From sequence record MK295203: a stretch of DNA of 64,000 nt; one strand, written 5' to 3'. Made by a program: the position numbers and the translations under genes. Below are positions 33,969 through 42,954 of this stretch, one piece after another; position 1 is the stretch's first letter, and each line of letters opens with the position of its first letter. A model generated the notes under the pieces. The model was given only the letters and a program-made list of their open reading frames with translations, was not told where the DNA came from and did not search any database. Origin of the DNA: Escherichia phage vB_EcoM_005.

Positions 33969-34721
33969 TGAAACTAATATCAATTGTAGGAATCAAACGT
34001 AGCGGTAAGGATACCGTTGCTAACTATGTAATCGAAAATATGGATTCGGTAAAATTTCAGCTCGCAGGTCCTATTAAAAAGTATCTGGCCGAAGCCTATG
34101 AATACATCTCTGATGACCCTGTATTCGACCGTAGTTATATGCCTAAACTCGATTTTAACTGTTTTGAAGGTATCGGTTACGACCGTGAAGAAATCCTTCC
34201 TTTAAAACCATATGATGTTATTGATATCTTTGAAAATGCTATTGTCAAATTGAATAATATCCTTCCTATTCCAGGAATGGACGTTCGTACCGCATATCAT
34301 TATGGTCTTACCCCAGTCCAGTATCTGTCTGAAGAAACAAAAGACCGACTGTTTGAAGTAATAAATAAAAATAACAATTGGTCAGTACGTCGTCTCATGC
34401 AGACCCTTGGGACTGATATTATTGTTAACCAATTTGATAAGATGTATTGGGTTAAGTTGTTCGCTTTAGACTATTTTGATAAAATATACTCTGATGCGAA
34501 ATACTATGTCGTACCTGATGTTCGTCAAACACACGAAATTGATTCGCTCAGAGCGATGGGTGCTACGATTATTCATGTAGTTCGCGCTGAAACCGGTCAA
34601 GTACAAGACTCGCACATCACTGAAGCGGGTCTACCAATTTTACCTGGTGACGTTGTTGTTGAAAATAACGGCACTCTTTCTGAACTATACACCACTATTG
34701 ATAAATTATTAGGAAATAAAA

Positions 34722-34729
<8 letters not shown>
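33968..34729 (+). CDS. 1: deoxynucleoside monophosphate kinase gp1
   Basis: P-loop GIKRSGKDT; ...WSVRRLMQTLGTDIIVNQFDKMYWVKLFALDY... near-identical to T4 gp1 as recalled. Confidence 0.9.
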
Positions 34730-35422
<693 letters not shown>

Positions 35423-35428
35423 AAAGTT

Positions 35429-35468
35429 GTTTACAAGGTCTATAGGCATGATACTATAGACCTATCAA
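35429..35468 (+). promoter_or_regulatory. early promoter cassette (PeSL-like)
   Basis: GTTTAC, spacer AAGGTCTATAGGCA, TGATACTATAGACCTATCAA; spacer AGGTCTATAG pairs with CTATAGACCT. Confidence 0.6.
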
Positions 35469-35494
35469 AACAAACTAACCAAACGGAAATCAAA

Positions 35495-35719
35495 ATGAAA
35501 ACTTATCAAGAATTTATTACCGAAGCTAAAAGACATGAAGATGAACTGCCAATTGTTACAAAAACCTTTGATGGCACACTGGCTGATTTTAAAAAAGTCC
35601 CTAGTGATAAGCTTGCTAAATTGACTGGCTCTATCAATGAAAAAGGTGGCAAGGTCACGTTTTCTGCTGGCGGCATAGCCAATCTTAAAAAACTTTTGAA
35701 AGCCGCTGGCGCTGAATAA
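35495..35719 (+). CDS. internal protein with capsid-targeting leader (ipI position)
   Basis: Starts MKTYQEFITEA; 74 aa; located after 57B where T4 has ipI. Confidence 0.7.
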   Translation: MKTYQEFITEAKRHEDELPIVTKTFDGTLADFKKVPSDKLAKLTGSINEKGGKVTFSAGGIANLKKLLKAAGAE

Positions 35720-35720
35720 A

Positions 35721-35993
35721 ATGAAATCATACCAAGAATTTATCACTGAATCTATTCTTAATGAAGAAGTAAAAATTAACAAATCTGTTAAGACCGTGAT
35801 TGATAATATAAATCATCTCTATAACATTGATTTGACTAATCACGTGACTTTAGGCAATAAGCGAAACTTTTTTGTTTTTGATACTTCAGAACTTGACCAG
35901 AATCAAATTAACAATATTGAACGTTTTGCTAATGAAAAAGGACTGCGTCACGAAACGGCTGGTTATAAAAAGTATGCAATTTATCTAAAATAA
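35721..35993 (+). CDS. internal-protein-like (leader MKSYQEFITES)
   Basis: Same leader family; 90 aa. Confidence 0.6.
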   Translation: MKSYQEFITESILNEEVKINKSVKTVIDNINHLYNIDLTNHVTLGNKRNFFVFDTSELDQNQINNIERFANEKGLRHETAGYKKYAIYLK

Positions 35994-35995
35994 TT

Positions 35996-36038
35996 GTTTA
36001 CAACGGGCTCTAGTGGTGATACTATAGCCCTATCAAAA
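35996..36038 (+). promoter_or_regulatory. early promoter cassette (PeSL-like)
   Basis: GTTTAC...TGATACTATAGCCCTATCAAAACAA followed by GGAGAATAAAATG leader. Confidence 0.55.
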
Positions 36039-36061
36039 CAAATGAGTGATTGGAGAATAAA

Positions 36062-36247
36062 ATGAAACGTTGCGAATTAATTAGAAATGTTACTGCACTG
36101 GCCGCCGTTACTGCTTTTGGCTTTAGTATGTTTGCAGGATTCATGCTCGATATGCTTTCAACTTCCGAGAATATAATCTCTTTAGTAGTGGCATTTTTAA
36201 TTGGTTCAATCTCTTTTGTTATGGATAAAATCTCTAAAGGTGAGTAA
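36062..36247 (+). CDS. small hydrophobic (membrane) protein
   Basis: ATG after GGAG leader; two hydrophobic stretches; track start 36050 is TTG. Confidence 0.5.
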   Translation: MKRCELIRNVTALAAVTAFGFSMFAGFMLDMLSTSENIISLVVAFLIGSISFVMDKISKGE

Positions 36248-36248
36248 A

Positions 36249-36629
36249 ATGTATAAAGTGTATGCGGACTACCAAGCTAATCCATCCGAAAAACCAGATT
36301 GTCAAATTGGATGGGCGCATGACACCCTGCTTGAAGCGGTAGATGAAGCTCAAAAATTAGGGTATAGTTATGTAGATATTGTTCAACCAAATGGAACAGT
36401 TATTACTCTTGAAGAATTCAAGAATATCAAAACAAACTTTTTGCTCTTTGCTGGTGATAACTATTATCCTCGTGGCGGTTATGCTGACTTAATTGCAAAA
36501 GCGGCGTCTGAAGATGAACTACGCGATATCATTAAAGAAAACGAGAATAAGCCTCAATATGGGTCTAATCGTTTTGACTGGTGGCAAATTGTTAATGCCA
36601 ATACCCACACAATTGTAGACGAGGGTTAA
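36249..36629 (+). CDS. hypothetical protein (126 aa)
   Basis: ATG 36249 right after previous stop; no recognisable motif. Confidence 0.55.
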   Translation: MYKVYADYQANPSEKPDCQIGWAHDTLLEAVDEAQKLGYSYVDIVQPNGTVITLEEFKNIKTNFLLFAGDNYYPRGGYADLIAKAASEDELRDIIKENENKPQYGSNRFDWWQIVNANTHTIVDEG

Positions 36630-36914
36630 ATGCTATACGTTAAGGTTACTAATCCAGAGAATGGCTATAACTCCGATCAGGTTGCAGCTGAGTTGTTGAT
36701 TCGCAATTATGGCAAAGATGCTGTTCTTGATGTTCAACAGGTTAATATAGGACGTAGTTCAAGCGATGTTAAGCTCAAAGTTAACAGCCATCGTTATAAT
36801 TCTGTTAACTTTACTTTTTATACCGCAACTGAAAACGGATTGGTCGAATACGACATCTTTAAAAATCCTTTGAAGATTGCTTCTATTAAACTTGATTACA
36901 TTAATATGCTTTAA
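36630..36914 (+). CDS. hypothetical protein (94 aa)
   Basis: TAAATG coupling with previous ORF. Confidence 0.55.
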   Translation: MLYVKVTNPENGYNSDQVAAELLIRNYGKDAVLDVQQVNIGRSSSDVKLKVNSHRYNSVNFTFYTATENGLVEYDIFKNPLKIASIKLDYINML

Positions 36915-37043
36915 GAATTATGTGATATTATTACTCTATCATTAATACCCTCTATTACCAAAGGTTCTTCCCTCAAAGAACCTTTCATAATAGACAAGGT
37001 CTATTAATCAAACTTACTTTACTTAATTTTATTTGAGGTGTTT

Positions 37044-37310
37044 ATGTTAGTATTAAAATTAGCTTTTTATGACCCAGAAACCAAGACAACAACTACCAAA
37101 CGTTGTTCTATTTCATATGACTGCCAATTTGGCGAAGTTGAGACTGACGGCGAGCCCTTTATGGCAATTGCCGATAGCACATTCGCTAAACCAAAAATAA
37201 TTCCACTAGTTAACGCTGCGGCTTATCTGGTTGCTCCTGAAGAAATGACTTATCATACAATTCAGCACATGGCTAAAGACGATAATGCTCCTGCTGGATT
37301 TGTAATTTAA
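37044..37310 (+). CDS. hypothetical protein (88 aa)
   Basis: ATG after GAGGTG; preceded by hairpin AAGGTTCTT-TCCCTC-AAAGAACCTT and a decayed promoter cassette. Confidence 0.5.
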   Translation: MLVLKLAFYDPETKTTTTKRCSISYDCQFGEVETDGEPFMAIADSTFAKPKIIPLVNAAAYLVAPEEMTYHTIQHMAKDDNAPAGFVI

Positions 37311-37315
37311 ATTAA

Positions 37316-37389
37316 GGCCCTGTAGCTCAATGGTTAGCAGCAGTCCCCTCATAAGGGAAAGGTTACCGGTTCAAATCCGGTCTGGGTCA
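37316..37389 (+). tRNA. tRNA, anticodon CAU (Ile or Met)
   Basis: Hand-folded cloverleaf: acceptor GGCCCTG/CTGGGTC, anticodon loop CTCATAA, T-arm ACCGG-TTCAAAT-CCGGT; no encoded CCA. Confidence 0.6.
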
Positions 37390-37397
37390 TTAACTAC

Positions 37398-37472
37398 GTC
37401 CCGCTGGTGTAATGGATAGCATACGATCCTTCTAAGTTTGCGGTCCTGGTTCGATCCCAGGGCGGGATACCA
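37398..37472 (+). tRNA. tRNA-Arg (anticodon UCU)
   Basis: Acceptor GTCCCGC/GCGGGAT, D-loop AATGGATA, anticodon loop CTTCTAA, T-arm CCTGG-TTCGATC-CCAGG, discriminator A plus CCA. Confidence 0.75.
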
Positions 37473-37707
37473 AATGAAGACTATTATATAGTCAAGCCGT
37501 CGTATGAAGGACTGATTACCAGCATTCACCGGCGCAACAAACAAGAAACCGGGTCGCTACCGGTAAGTCGTCGGACTGAAGTTCCCTGAATAAGGACTGG
37601 CATTAACAAATCTTTACGATCTGTTAACGTCCCCTTATCTCACAGCTGAAACGGCGCACCGAACACTTGCCTAGCAGGTGGAACCCCGACAAGGTTACCC
37701 TAGGTTA
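37473..37707 (+). ncRNA. candidate small stable RNA downstream of tRNAs
   Basis: About 235 nt without ORF between tRNA-Arg and a strong terminator; T4 has stable RNAs next to its tRNA cluster. Confidence 0.3.
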
Positions 37708-37738
37708 AAGGCCCTTCCGAAAGGTTGGGCCTTTTTTG
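37708..37738 (+). terminator. rho-independent terminator
   Basis: AGGCCCTTCCGAAAGGTTGGGCCTTTTTT; identical copy at 38851-38880. Confidence 0.7.
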
Positions 37739-37746
37739 TATAAATA
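37739..37746 (+). promoter_or_regulatory. late promoter TATAAATA
   Basis: TATAAATA 29 nt upstream of internal-protein-like gene 37775. Confidence 0.5.
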
Positions 37747-37774
37747 GATAAGTTAATTAACACAGGAAACAATA

Positions 37775-38248
37775 ATGAAAACTTACAATGAATTTTTGAA
37801 CGAAAGCGTTCTGACTGAAGCCTCCGCTTCAGATGTTCGCGCTGCAGCAACTGCTGCTATTAAAGCCGGTAAATATTCTTATAAAGATGCTTCTGATGAA
37901 TCTCGGTACAAGTTCTACGACGATATGAGAGCTGAAGGCTTTGTGGGTAACTATGTTACCACCGCCTGGAAAAGCATGGTTGCTTCTGGTGCAGCTTTCG
38001 AAAAAGCTTCTGGTAAACCCGCTCCTAAGGCCGACCCTAAAGCAGCACAAGAAAAAAATATTGCTAAAGGAATTATCTCTAAGTATGAAGCAATTCTTAA
38101 AGAGCTTTTAGTAATCAAAACAGAAGGCCAGAAACTGGCACGAGCACATAGCTTCAAAGATAATCCACATGCTCACGACTTAGAGTATGTTGAAGATATT
38201 CAGAAAATCATCAAAGACCGTATCTGGTCTGCTAAACAAATCAAATAA
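37775..38248 (+). CDS. internal-protein-like (leader MKTYNEFLNES), 157 aa
   Basis: Leader variant, Ala/Lys-rich. Confidence 0.6.
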   Translation: MKTYNEFLNESVLTEASASDVRAAATAAIKAGKYSYKDASDESRYKFYDDMRAEGFVGNYVTTAWKSMVASGAAFEKASGKPAPKADPKAAQEKNIAKGIISKYEAILKELLVIKTEGQKLARAHSFKDNPHAHDLEYVEDIQKIIKDRIWSAKQIK

Positions 38249-38250
38249 CG

Positions 38251-38276
38251 AAAGCCCCGTCTGGGGCTTTTTTGGT
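38251..38276 (+). terminator. rho-independent terminator
   Basis: AAAGCCCCGTCTGGGGCTTTTTT. Confidence 0.65.
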
Positions 38277-38292
38277 TAACTTAGAGAAATAT

Positions 38293-38847
38293 ATGAAACT
38301 TTTAAAATATTTGAGTTGGGTTCTGTTGGTTCCACTGGATTTCATCTCTATGGTTCTGGCCGTTATCCTTGCGCCTTTTGTAGTTCCTTTCCATAATAAA
38401 AAGACCGGTAAATTGCCTTATGGCTTTGATTGGATGATGACATACGATAATCCAATTGACGGTGACAAAGGTCATATTAAACGTTGGGCTAAAATCAGGA
38501 AAATGCCGGGCGGTGTTTATCTCCAGAGGGTAGCTTGGCTATGGCGAAATAAAGCTTATAACTTTGCTTACCATAAACTTGGACGCGATTGTAGCTCAGA
38601 ATTCCATTATCGTGGTAATCCTGACGTTGAATCTGGTTCTCCTGATAAAGCTCATCATGGGTGGCTATGGATGTGGAATGATGAAGCATGGGGAGTCTTT
38701 GCTTCGGTTCCTTATCTTAAGGTTGGAGGTATTACCTTTTATCTTCGCGTGTACTGTGGTTGGAAACTTAAGAGTCTTTTGTCTCGTAAAATCCCTAAGG
38801 CTATGTTAGCCTTCCACATAAACCCGTTCCGGTTCTACAAGAACTGA
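38293..38847 (+). CDS. membrane protein, 184 aa
   Basis: N-terminal TM (LSWVLLVPLDFISMVLAVILAPFVV); Trp-rich C-terminal part; track start 38272 is TTG. Confidence 0.55.
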   Translation: MKLLKYLSWVLLVPLDFISMVLAVILAPFVVPFHNKKTGKLPYGFDWMMTYDNPIDGDKGHIKRWAKIRKMPGGVYLQRVAWLWRNKAYNFAYHKLGRDCSSEFHYRGNPDVESGSPDKAHHGWLWMWNDEAWGVFASVPYLKVGGITFYLRVYCGWKLKSLLSRKIPKAMLAFHINPFRFYKN

Positions 38848-38850
38848 TTC

Positions 38851-38880
38851 TAGGCCCTTCCGAAAGGTTGGGCCTTTTTT
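38851..38880 (+). terminator. rho-independent terminator (second copy)
   Basis: AGGCCCTTCCGAAAGGTTGGGCCTTTTTT identical to 37708-37738. Confidence 0.7.
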
Positions 38881-38903
38881 GTTTCTAAAAGTTTAAAAAA
38901 GAT

Positions 38904-38945
38904 GTTTACACCTCCTTTAAACATGATACTATAGACCTATCAAAA
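38904..38945 (+). promoter_or_regulatory. early promoter cassette (PeSL-like)
   Basis: GTTTAC...TGATACTATAGACCTATCAAAACAACAGAGTGAAGGAG leader. Confidence 0.6.
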
Positions 38946-38967
38946 CAACAGAGTGAAGGAGAGTAAA

Positions 38968-39231
38968 ATGGATAATTATGGTGAATTGTTTAATTTCTTT
39001 ATGAAATGCGTTCCGGAAGAATTTGGTGCTACCGTTAACGATATTAAGGTTATCGGTCCTGAACATCCGGTATATGAAACGTATGCTGTAATGGGTAATG
39101 AAGACGGACAATGGTATACAATTAAGGTTGTGGTTAATATGTTCTCAGCTGAAGGTTATGCTAAATCGTCTACCAAAGTTTATCATGATAACGATTTTGA
39201 TGCGGAAGATTATTTCAATAATATGAAATAA
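38968..39231 (+). CDS. hypothetical protein (87 aa)
   Basis: ATG 9 nt after AAGGAG; track start 38953 is GTG. Confidence 0.55.
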   Translation: MDNYGELFNFFMKCVPEEFGATVNDIKVIGPEHPVYETYAVMGNEDGQWYTIKVVVNMFSAEGYAKSSTKVYHDNDFDAEDYFNNMK

Positions 39232-39235
39232 AAAT

Positions 39236-39266
39236 GTTTACAACCCTCAGAGGACAGGGTATAATG
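39236..39266 (+). promoter_or_regulatory. early promoter (GTTTAC / TATAAT)
   Basis: GTTTAC 39236-39241, 18-nt spacer, GGTATAAT. Confidence 0.5.
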
Positions 39267-39307
39267 TCCTCATGGATTATAAATCTTAACCAACTGAAGG
39301 AAATACT

Positions 39308-39901
39308 ATGAACACTTTAAAGAAAATCGTTGAATTCATCCGTTCTAAACTGGGTACTGCAATGGCTCAGAACCTGTCAATCGAAGACCAATACACCAAA
39401 GCTGCTTCTACCCTGATTGATAAAATCACTGAACTCCAGACTGCTCATGTTAAGTCTGTGAATGAAGAAAAACGTATTCGTGCGTTGGCTAATGAAAAAG
39501 ACCAGCTCGCTGCTTCTAAAGAACGTGAAATTCGTAAACTGATTGCCGAAGGCGCTGATGTCCAGGTACATGCTAAACTTGGCCTCCTTTATCGTCGTAC
39601 AGCTACTCAGCTTCGTAAGAAAGCTGATGATTATATCGAAATGCGTAATGAAATTAAACTGAAGGTTAAGGAACTTGATGACTCTCGTCAGGAACTGGCT
39701 GTTAAGCTCGAGTACATCCGTGAAACTCGTAATATGGCTGCCCTTGGTATTGCTACTGCTGATGATGTTGTTGAAATTGCTGCACTGACCAAGATTGATA
39801 TCGAAGACACCCTGATGCGTGTAGAAACGTTTAAAGGCCCACAAGTTGGAATGGATACGACTTCTGCTGATATCGAAGACTACATTAATTCACTTAAGTA
39901 A
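39308..39901 (+). CDS. coiled-coil protein, 197 aa
   Basis: Long heptad-like helical sequence; function unknown. Confidence 0.5.
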   Translation: MNTLKKIVEFIRSKLGTAMAQNLSIEDQYTKAASTLIDKITELQTAHVKSVNEEKRIRALANEKDQLAASKEREIRKLIAEGADVQVHAKLGLLYRRTATQLRKKADDYIEMRNEIKLKVKELDDSRQELAVKLEYIRETRNMAALGIATADDVVEIAALTKIDIEDTLMRVETFKGPQVGMDTTSADIEDYINSLK

Positions 39902-39906
39902 TGTTA

Positions 39907-39932
39907 CCGGGAGACTTCGGTCTCCCTATTTG
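39907..39932 (+). terminator. terminator hairpin
   Basis: GGGAGACTTCGGTCTCCC (same stem as the 1350 hairpin) with weak T tail. Confidence 0.45.
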
Positions 39933-39949
39933 GAGGAGAGGAGAATATT

Positions 39950-40486
39950 ATGAGTTTATACGACGACCTGATATCAAATATTGATTGGTTTAAACATAGT
40001 GGTCTTTCACATGAAACTAATGCAGTTCTTTATAGAATTCGCCAAGACCTAGGTTATTCAAACGATTTCTTAAGCAGAACATCTAGCCGTGGGCATACTA
40101 CCAAATTACCCTTTATCTTTGCTTTAGCTGAGGACCTTTCTTTTGCAGATGCTTTAGAAATTATTGACCTTGAATTAGGTATACAACGTGTGGAGTTCGC
40201 TGGGCTACGCTATTCAGTATACTCTTTAAATGAACCAAGCGATTATAAACAGCTTGTTGATGCCGACGATGATTACCATTTAGTATGCTATTTGATGTTA
40301 GAAAATGGTGACCACTTTGGTATGGTCGACCGTCGCCCGAGTTATTCGGATATTAAAAATTACGATAAAGATGAGCTTATTATTTTGGCTAATGAGTATA
40401 CATCAGAGATTCGAAAACAACAACGGAAGCTTAATCGTTTTATTGCTGAATGCCGCGAATACGCTAAAGAGGTTCGTAATGTATAA
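39950..40486 (+). CDS. hypothetical protein (178 aa)
   Basis: ATG after GGAGGAGAGGAG; no recognisable motif. Confidence 0.55.
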   Translation: MSLYDDLISNIDWFKHSGLSHETNAVLYRIRQDLGYSNDFLSRTSSRGHTTKLPFIFALAEDLSFADALEIIDLELGIQRVEFAGLRYSVYSLNEPSDYKQLVDADDDYHLVCYLMLENGDHFGMVDRRPSYSDIKNYDKDELIILANEYTSEIRKQQRKLNRFIAECREYAKEVRNV

Positions 40487-40832
40487 GCCTAGTAAAACCG
40501 ACCCTGGTTACGCATTAGCAGATTATGATATAGCTATTTCATTATTCCTCGGCATTGCTACTAGTATGGTTGCAGGGATAATTGGATTTCTTGTCGGCGG
40601 GATTATTAATGGTATGCCTCGCCATCCGTTTGAAGATATGAGCCTCGCGTGGATTTGGGTTCCAGCTTTAATAGGATACTTTATCCCAGTGGTCTTTGAT
40701 ATTACCCAAACCAATAAAATAAACAAGCCACGTAAAAAGAGATATGCTTTAGAGATGGCTAATTATAATGAGTATGTAAAACAAACCAAACGTAATGACC
40801 TTGAAACCTTTATTAAGGAATGTAAATCATGA
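40479..40832 (+). CDS. membrane protein with C-terminal ...ETFIKECKS (paralog of 45357..45944)
   Basis: Two TM segments; C-terminal motif shared with 45357..45944 (...NSFIKECRK). Confidence 0.55.
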   Translation: MYKPSKTDPGYALADYDIAISLFLGIATSMVAGIIGFLVGGIINGMPRHPFEDMSLAWIWVPALIGYFIPVVFDITQTNKINKPRKKRYALEMANYNEYVKQTKRNDLETFIKECKS

Positions 40833-41119
40833 ATAAAATTGAAATTGAAATCCCTGAATACAACAGCGCGCTGTCTGCAGAAAAGGCTATCTATGACCTG
40901 CTGGGTAAAGTAGACACCATCGAATCCAAATGTGAAGAAATCGCAGATGAATATGGTATTGAATTCAGCACAGGTGATTATGGTTCAGGCCGTACATATT
41001 ATCCTGTCGGTTATGAATGCTCCCAGTGGTTTAAAGATGAAATTGAAAACAACGGTGGTGAAGTTGAAAACGGCGTCGTTACAGTTGGTGCTTGGGTCTC
41101 CTCTTCAGCAATGTGCTAA
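40829..41119 (+). CDS. small acidic protein, WxSS..C-terminus family, member A
   Basis: Ends GAWVSSSAMC; stop TAA overlaps next RBS TAAGGA. Confidence 0.6.
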   Translation: MNKIEIEIPEYNSALSAEKAIYDLLGKVDTIESKCEEIADEYGIEFSTGDYGSGRTYYPVGYECSQWFKDEIENNGGEVENGVVTVGAWVSSSAMC

Positions 41120-41128
41120 GGAAACGCT

Positions 41129-41410
41129 ATGATGAATGATTACCGTAAAAATAAAGAACTGGCTGAAGCAGTAAATGATATCCATAAAGCTATTCGTCGT
41201 GCTGAGGAAATTGCAAACAAATATGAGACTCATTTTAATATATACCCTGCTCGCGGTATGGGCGGTGACTATTATTCTCCTGGCGCCTTGAAAGCCGACC
41301 TTGCCCACTGGGAAGAATACGGTGAAGCTCAGTATGCTATTGTAAACCAACATGATTACACTACCAGCCTAGAAAATGGTGGATGGGTGTCCTCTTCTTC
41401 TGAATGTTAA
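41129..41410 (+). CDS. small acidic protein, WxSS..C-terminus family, member B
   Basis: Ends GGWVSSSSEC; TAAGGA coupling. Confidence 0.6.
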   Translation: MMNDYRKNKELAEAVNDIHKAIRRAEEIANKYETHFNIYPARGMGGDYYSPGALKADLAHWEEYGEAQYAIVNQHDYTTSLENGGWVSSSSEC

Positions 41411-41419
41411 GGAATTATT

Positions 41420-41617
41420 ATGTCTCGTGAACTAGATTGTGCAATCCGTACTGCAGCCGCAGCTATTGAAAACGTTATCCAGATTTGTAAAGAAGAACGC
41501 GAAGAAGCTGATATCTATATCGATGGCGCTCGTGACCTAGAACGACATATCACGCTTTATAACGGTTGTATTACTATTAGTGGTACTTCCTGGGTATCAT
41601 CCTCTTACGAATGCTAA
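41420..41617 (+). CDS. small acidic protein, WxSS..C-terminus family, member C
   Basis: Ends TSWVSSSYEC; TAAGGA coupling. Confidence 0.6.
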   Translation: MSRELDCAIRTAAAAIENVIQICKEEREEADIYIDGARDLERHITLYNGCITISGTSWVSSSYEC

Positions 41618-41626
41618 GGAAATAAA

Positions 41627-41836
41627 ATGACTATTGATGAAATTGAAAAACAAATCCGCGAATTAGTACGTAAAGGCCAGTCCGTGGCTGACGAAACAGG
41701 TCAGCACTTCCACGCTGGAGGCGAAGAATATATTCCAGCTTCTAGTCCGGAATATGATGATTACGAATGGGCCCGTGATGATTACGGTATCCCAGATGGT
41801 GAAGGTTTCTGGTTTACATCCTCTATGTCTTGCTAA
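41627..41836 (+). CDS. small acidic protein, WxSS..C-terminus family, member D
   Basis: Ends GFWFTSSMSC; TAAGG coupling. Confidence 0.6.
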   Translation: MTIDEIEKQIRELVRKGQSVADETGQHFHAGGEEYIPASSPEYDDYEWARDDYGIPDGEGFWFTSSMSC

Positions 41837-41846
41837 GGTGATAAAA

Positions 41847-42071
41847 ATGTCTGATATTAATGAATTAGAAAAAGCGGCACTTGAACTGGCTGCACTGTAT
41901 AAGAAAGTAAAAGATATGGCTTCTGCTCAGGATTTCCGTGTTGAGCTCGATGATTATGACGGTGAAGTTCGTCTCGAAGATTGGCTGAATAGCTCTTGTT
42001 ATGGTGAAGAAGCTGGTCGCACCTTCGTTGCTCAGGCCGATGGTAAAATCTGGTATCCTAGCTCATGCTAA
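41847..42071 (+). CDS. small acidic protein, WxSS..C-terminus family, member E
   Basis: Internal ATG of ORF 41754..42071; ends KIWYPSSC. Confidence 0.55.
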   Translation: MSDINELEKAALELAALYKKVKDMASAQDFRVELDDYDGEVRLEDWLNSSCYGEEAGRTFVAQADGKIWYPSSC

Positions 42072-42292
42072 AATTAAAGAAAAGATACATTCGTAAAATA
42101 AATGGTCTTCGCGATTATGCTAAAGGTTGGCCATTAAGTATTATTATGGCTGATAGACACCCGCGTTATAATACTGAGATGACTTATTACAAAAAGTACG
42201 ATTCATATTGTCGGTCTAAAGCAGGTCGTTTAGATGGTTCTTATGAAGACTATTTCGGTAAAAAACCTACCCGTATTTCGTTAGGAAAATAA
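42065..42292 (+). CDS. hypothetical basic protein (75 aa)
   Basis: ATG overlaps previous stop; Lys/Arg/Tyr-rich. Confidence 0.45.
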   Translation: MLKLKKRYIRKINGLRDYAKGWPLSIIMADRHPRYNTEMTYYKKYDSYCRSKAGRLDGSYEDYFGKKPTRISLGK

Positions 42293-42322
42293 TTTAATCA
42301 CACGGATGTGGTAGGAGGACTT

Positions 42323-42652
42323 ATGCATAAAGATTCAGTATTCAAATATCTTTTGAAAACAGATAAAGAATTCTATATGAATGGACAAGCTTTCTTGTTC
42401 GTTCGTGGTAAACGTGAGATGTTTTACAAATGCGACCTCTCAATGCACCATCATATGTATCACACCCATGGTGAGCCTATACTGGGGTTCTCTGGTGACG
42501 AAACCAGACATATAGCTATGTACTACGACCATTTTAAGCTCAATGATTGTGGTGACAACGCTCTGGTCTGGAATCCATCTTGGCGTCGTTGGGATACGGT
42601 AGACAACGATAAATTATTTTTAGAATATTGCAGAAGCGATGTACAACTCTAA
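42323..42652 (+). CDS. hypothetical protein (109 aa)
   Basis: ATG after AGGAGG; His-rich (HHHMYHTH); track start 42308 is GTG. Confidence 0.5.
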   Translation: MHKDSVFKYLLKTDKEFYMNGQAFLFVRGKREMFYKCDLSMHHHMYHTHGEPILGFSGDETRHIAMYYDHFKLNDCGDNALVWNPSWRRWDTVDNDKLFLEYCRSDVQL

Positions 42653-42695
42653 AAATACGTGTTACTATTACCCTACACAAACATGAGGAGAACAT

Positions 42696-42935
42696 ATGTG
42701 GTATTACGCTCCGATGTCCGATAAGTCTAATGAACCGCTACGCATTACTCGTGCCAGGTTTAAAAAGATTTATGGCTTTGCTTATAAGAAGTCTGATTAC
42801 GGTGTTCGTTTTGAAGATGCCCACTGTATCAATGACCCTTATGCAGAAGAAATTTCTAATGAGATAATTCCTATCATTAAGAATAATTCTGATGATATGT
42901 GGGAATTGCATAACGATTACGTCGCTGAAATTTAA
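42696..42935 (+). CDS. hypothetical protein (79 aa)
   Basis: ATG after GAGGAG. Confidence 0.5.
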   Translation: MWYYAPMSDKSNEPLRITRARFKKIYGFAYKKSDYGVRFEDAHCINDPYAEEISNEIIPIIKNNSDDMWELHNDYVAEI

Positions 42936-42954
42936 GTTTACTGAGGAAAATATT

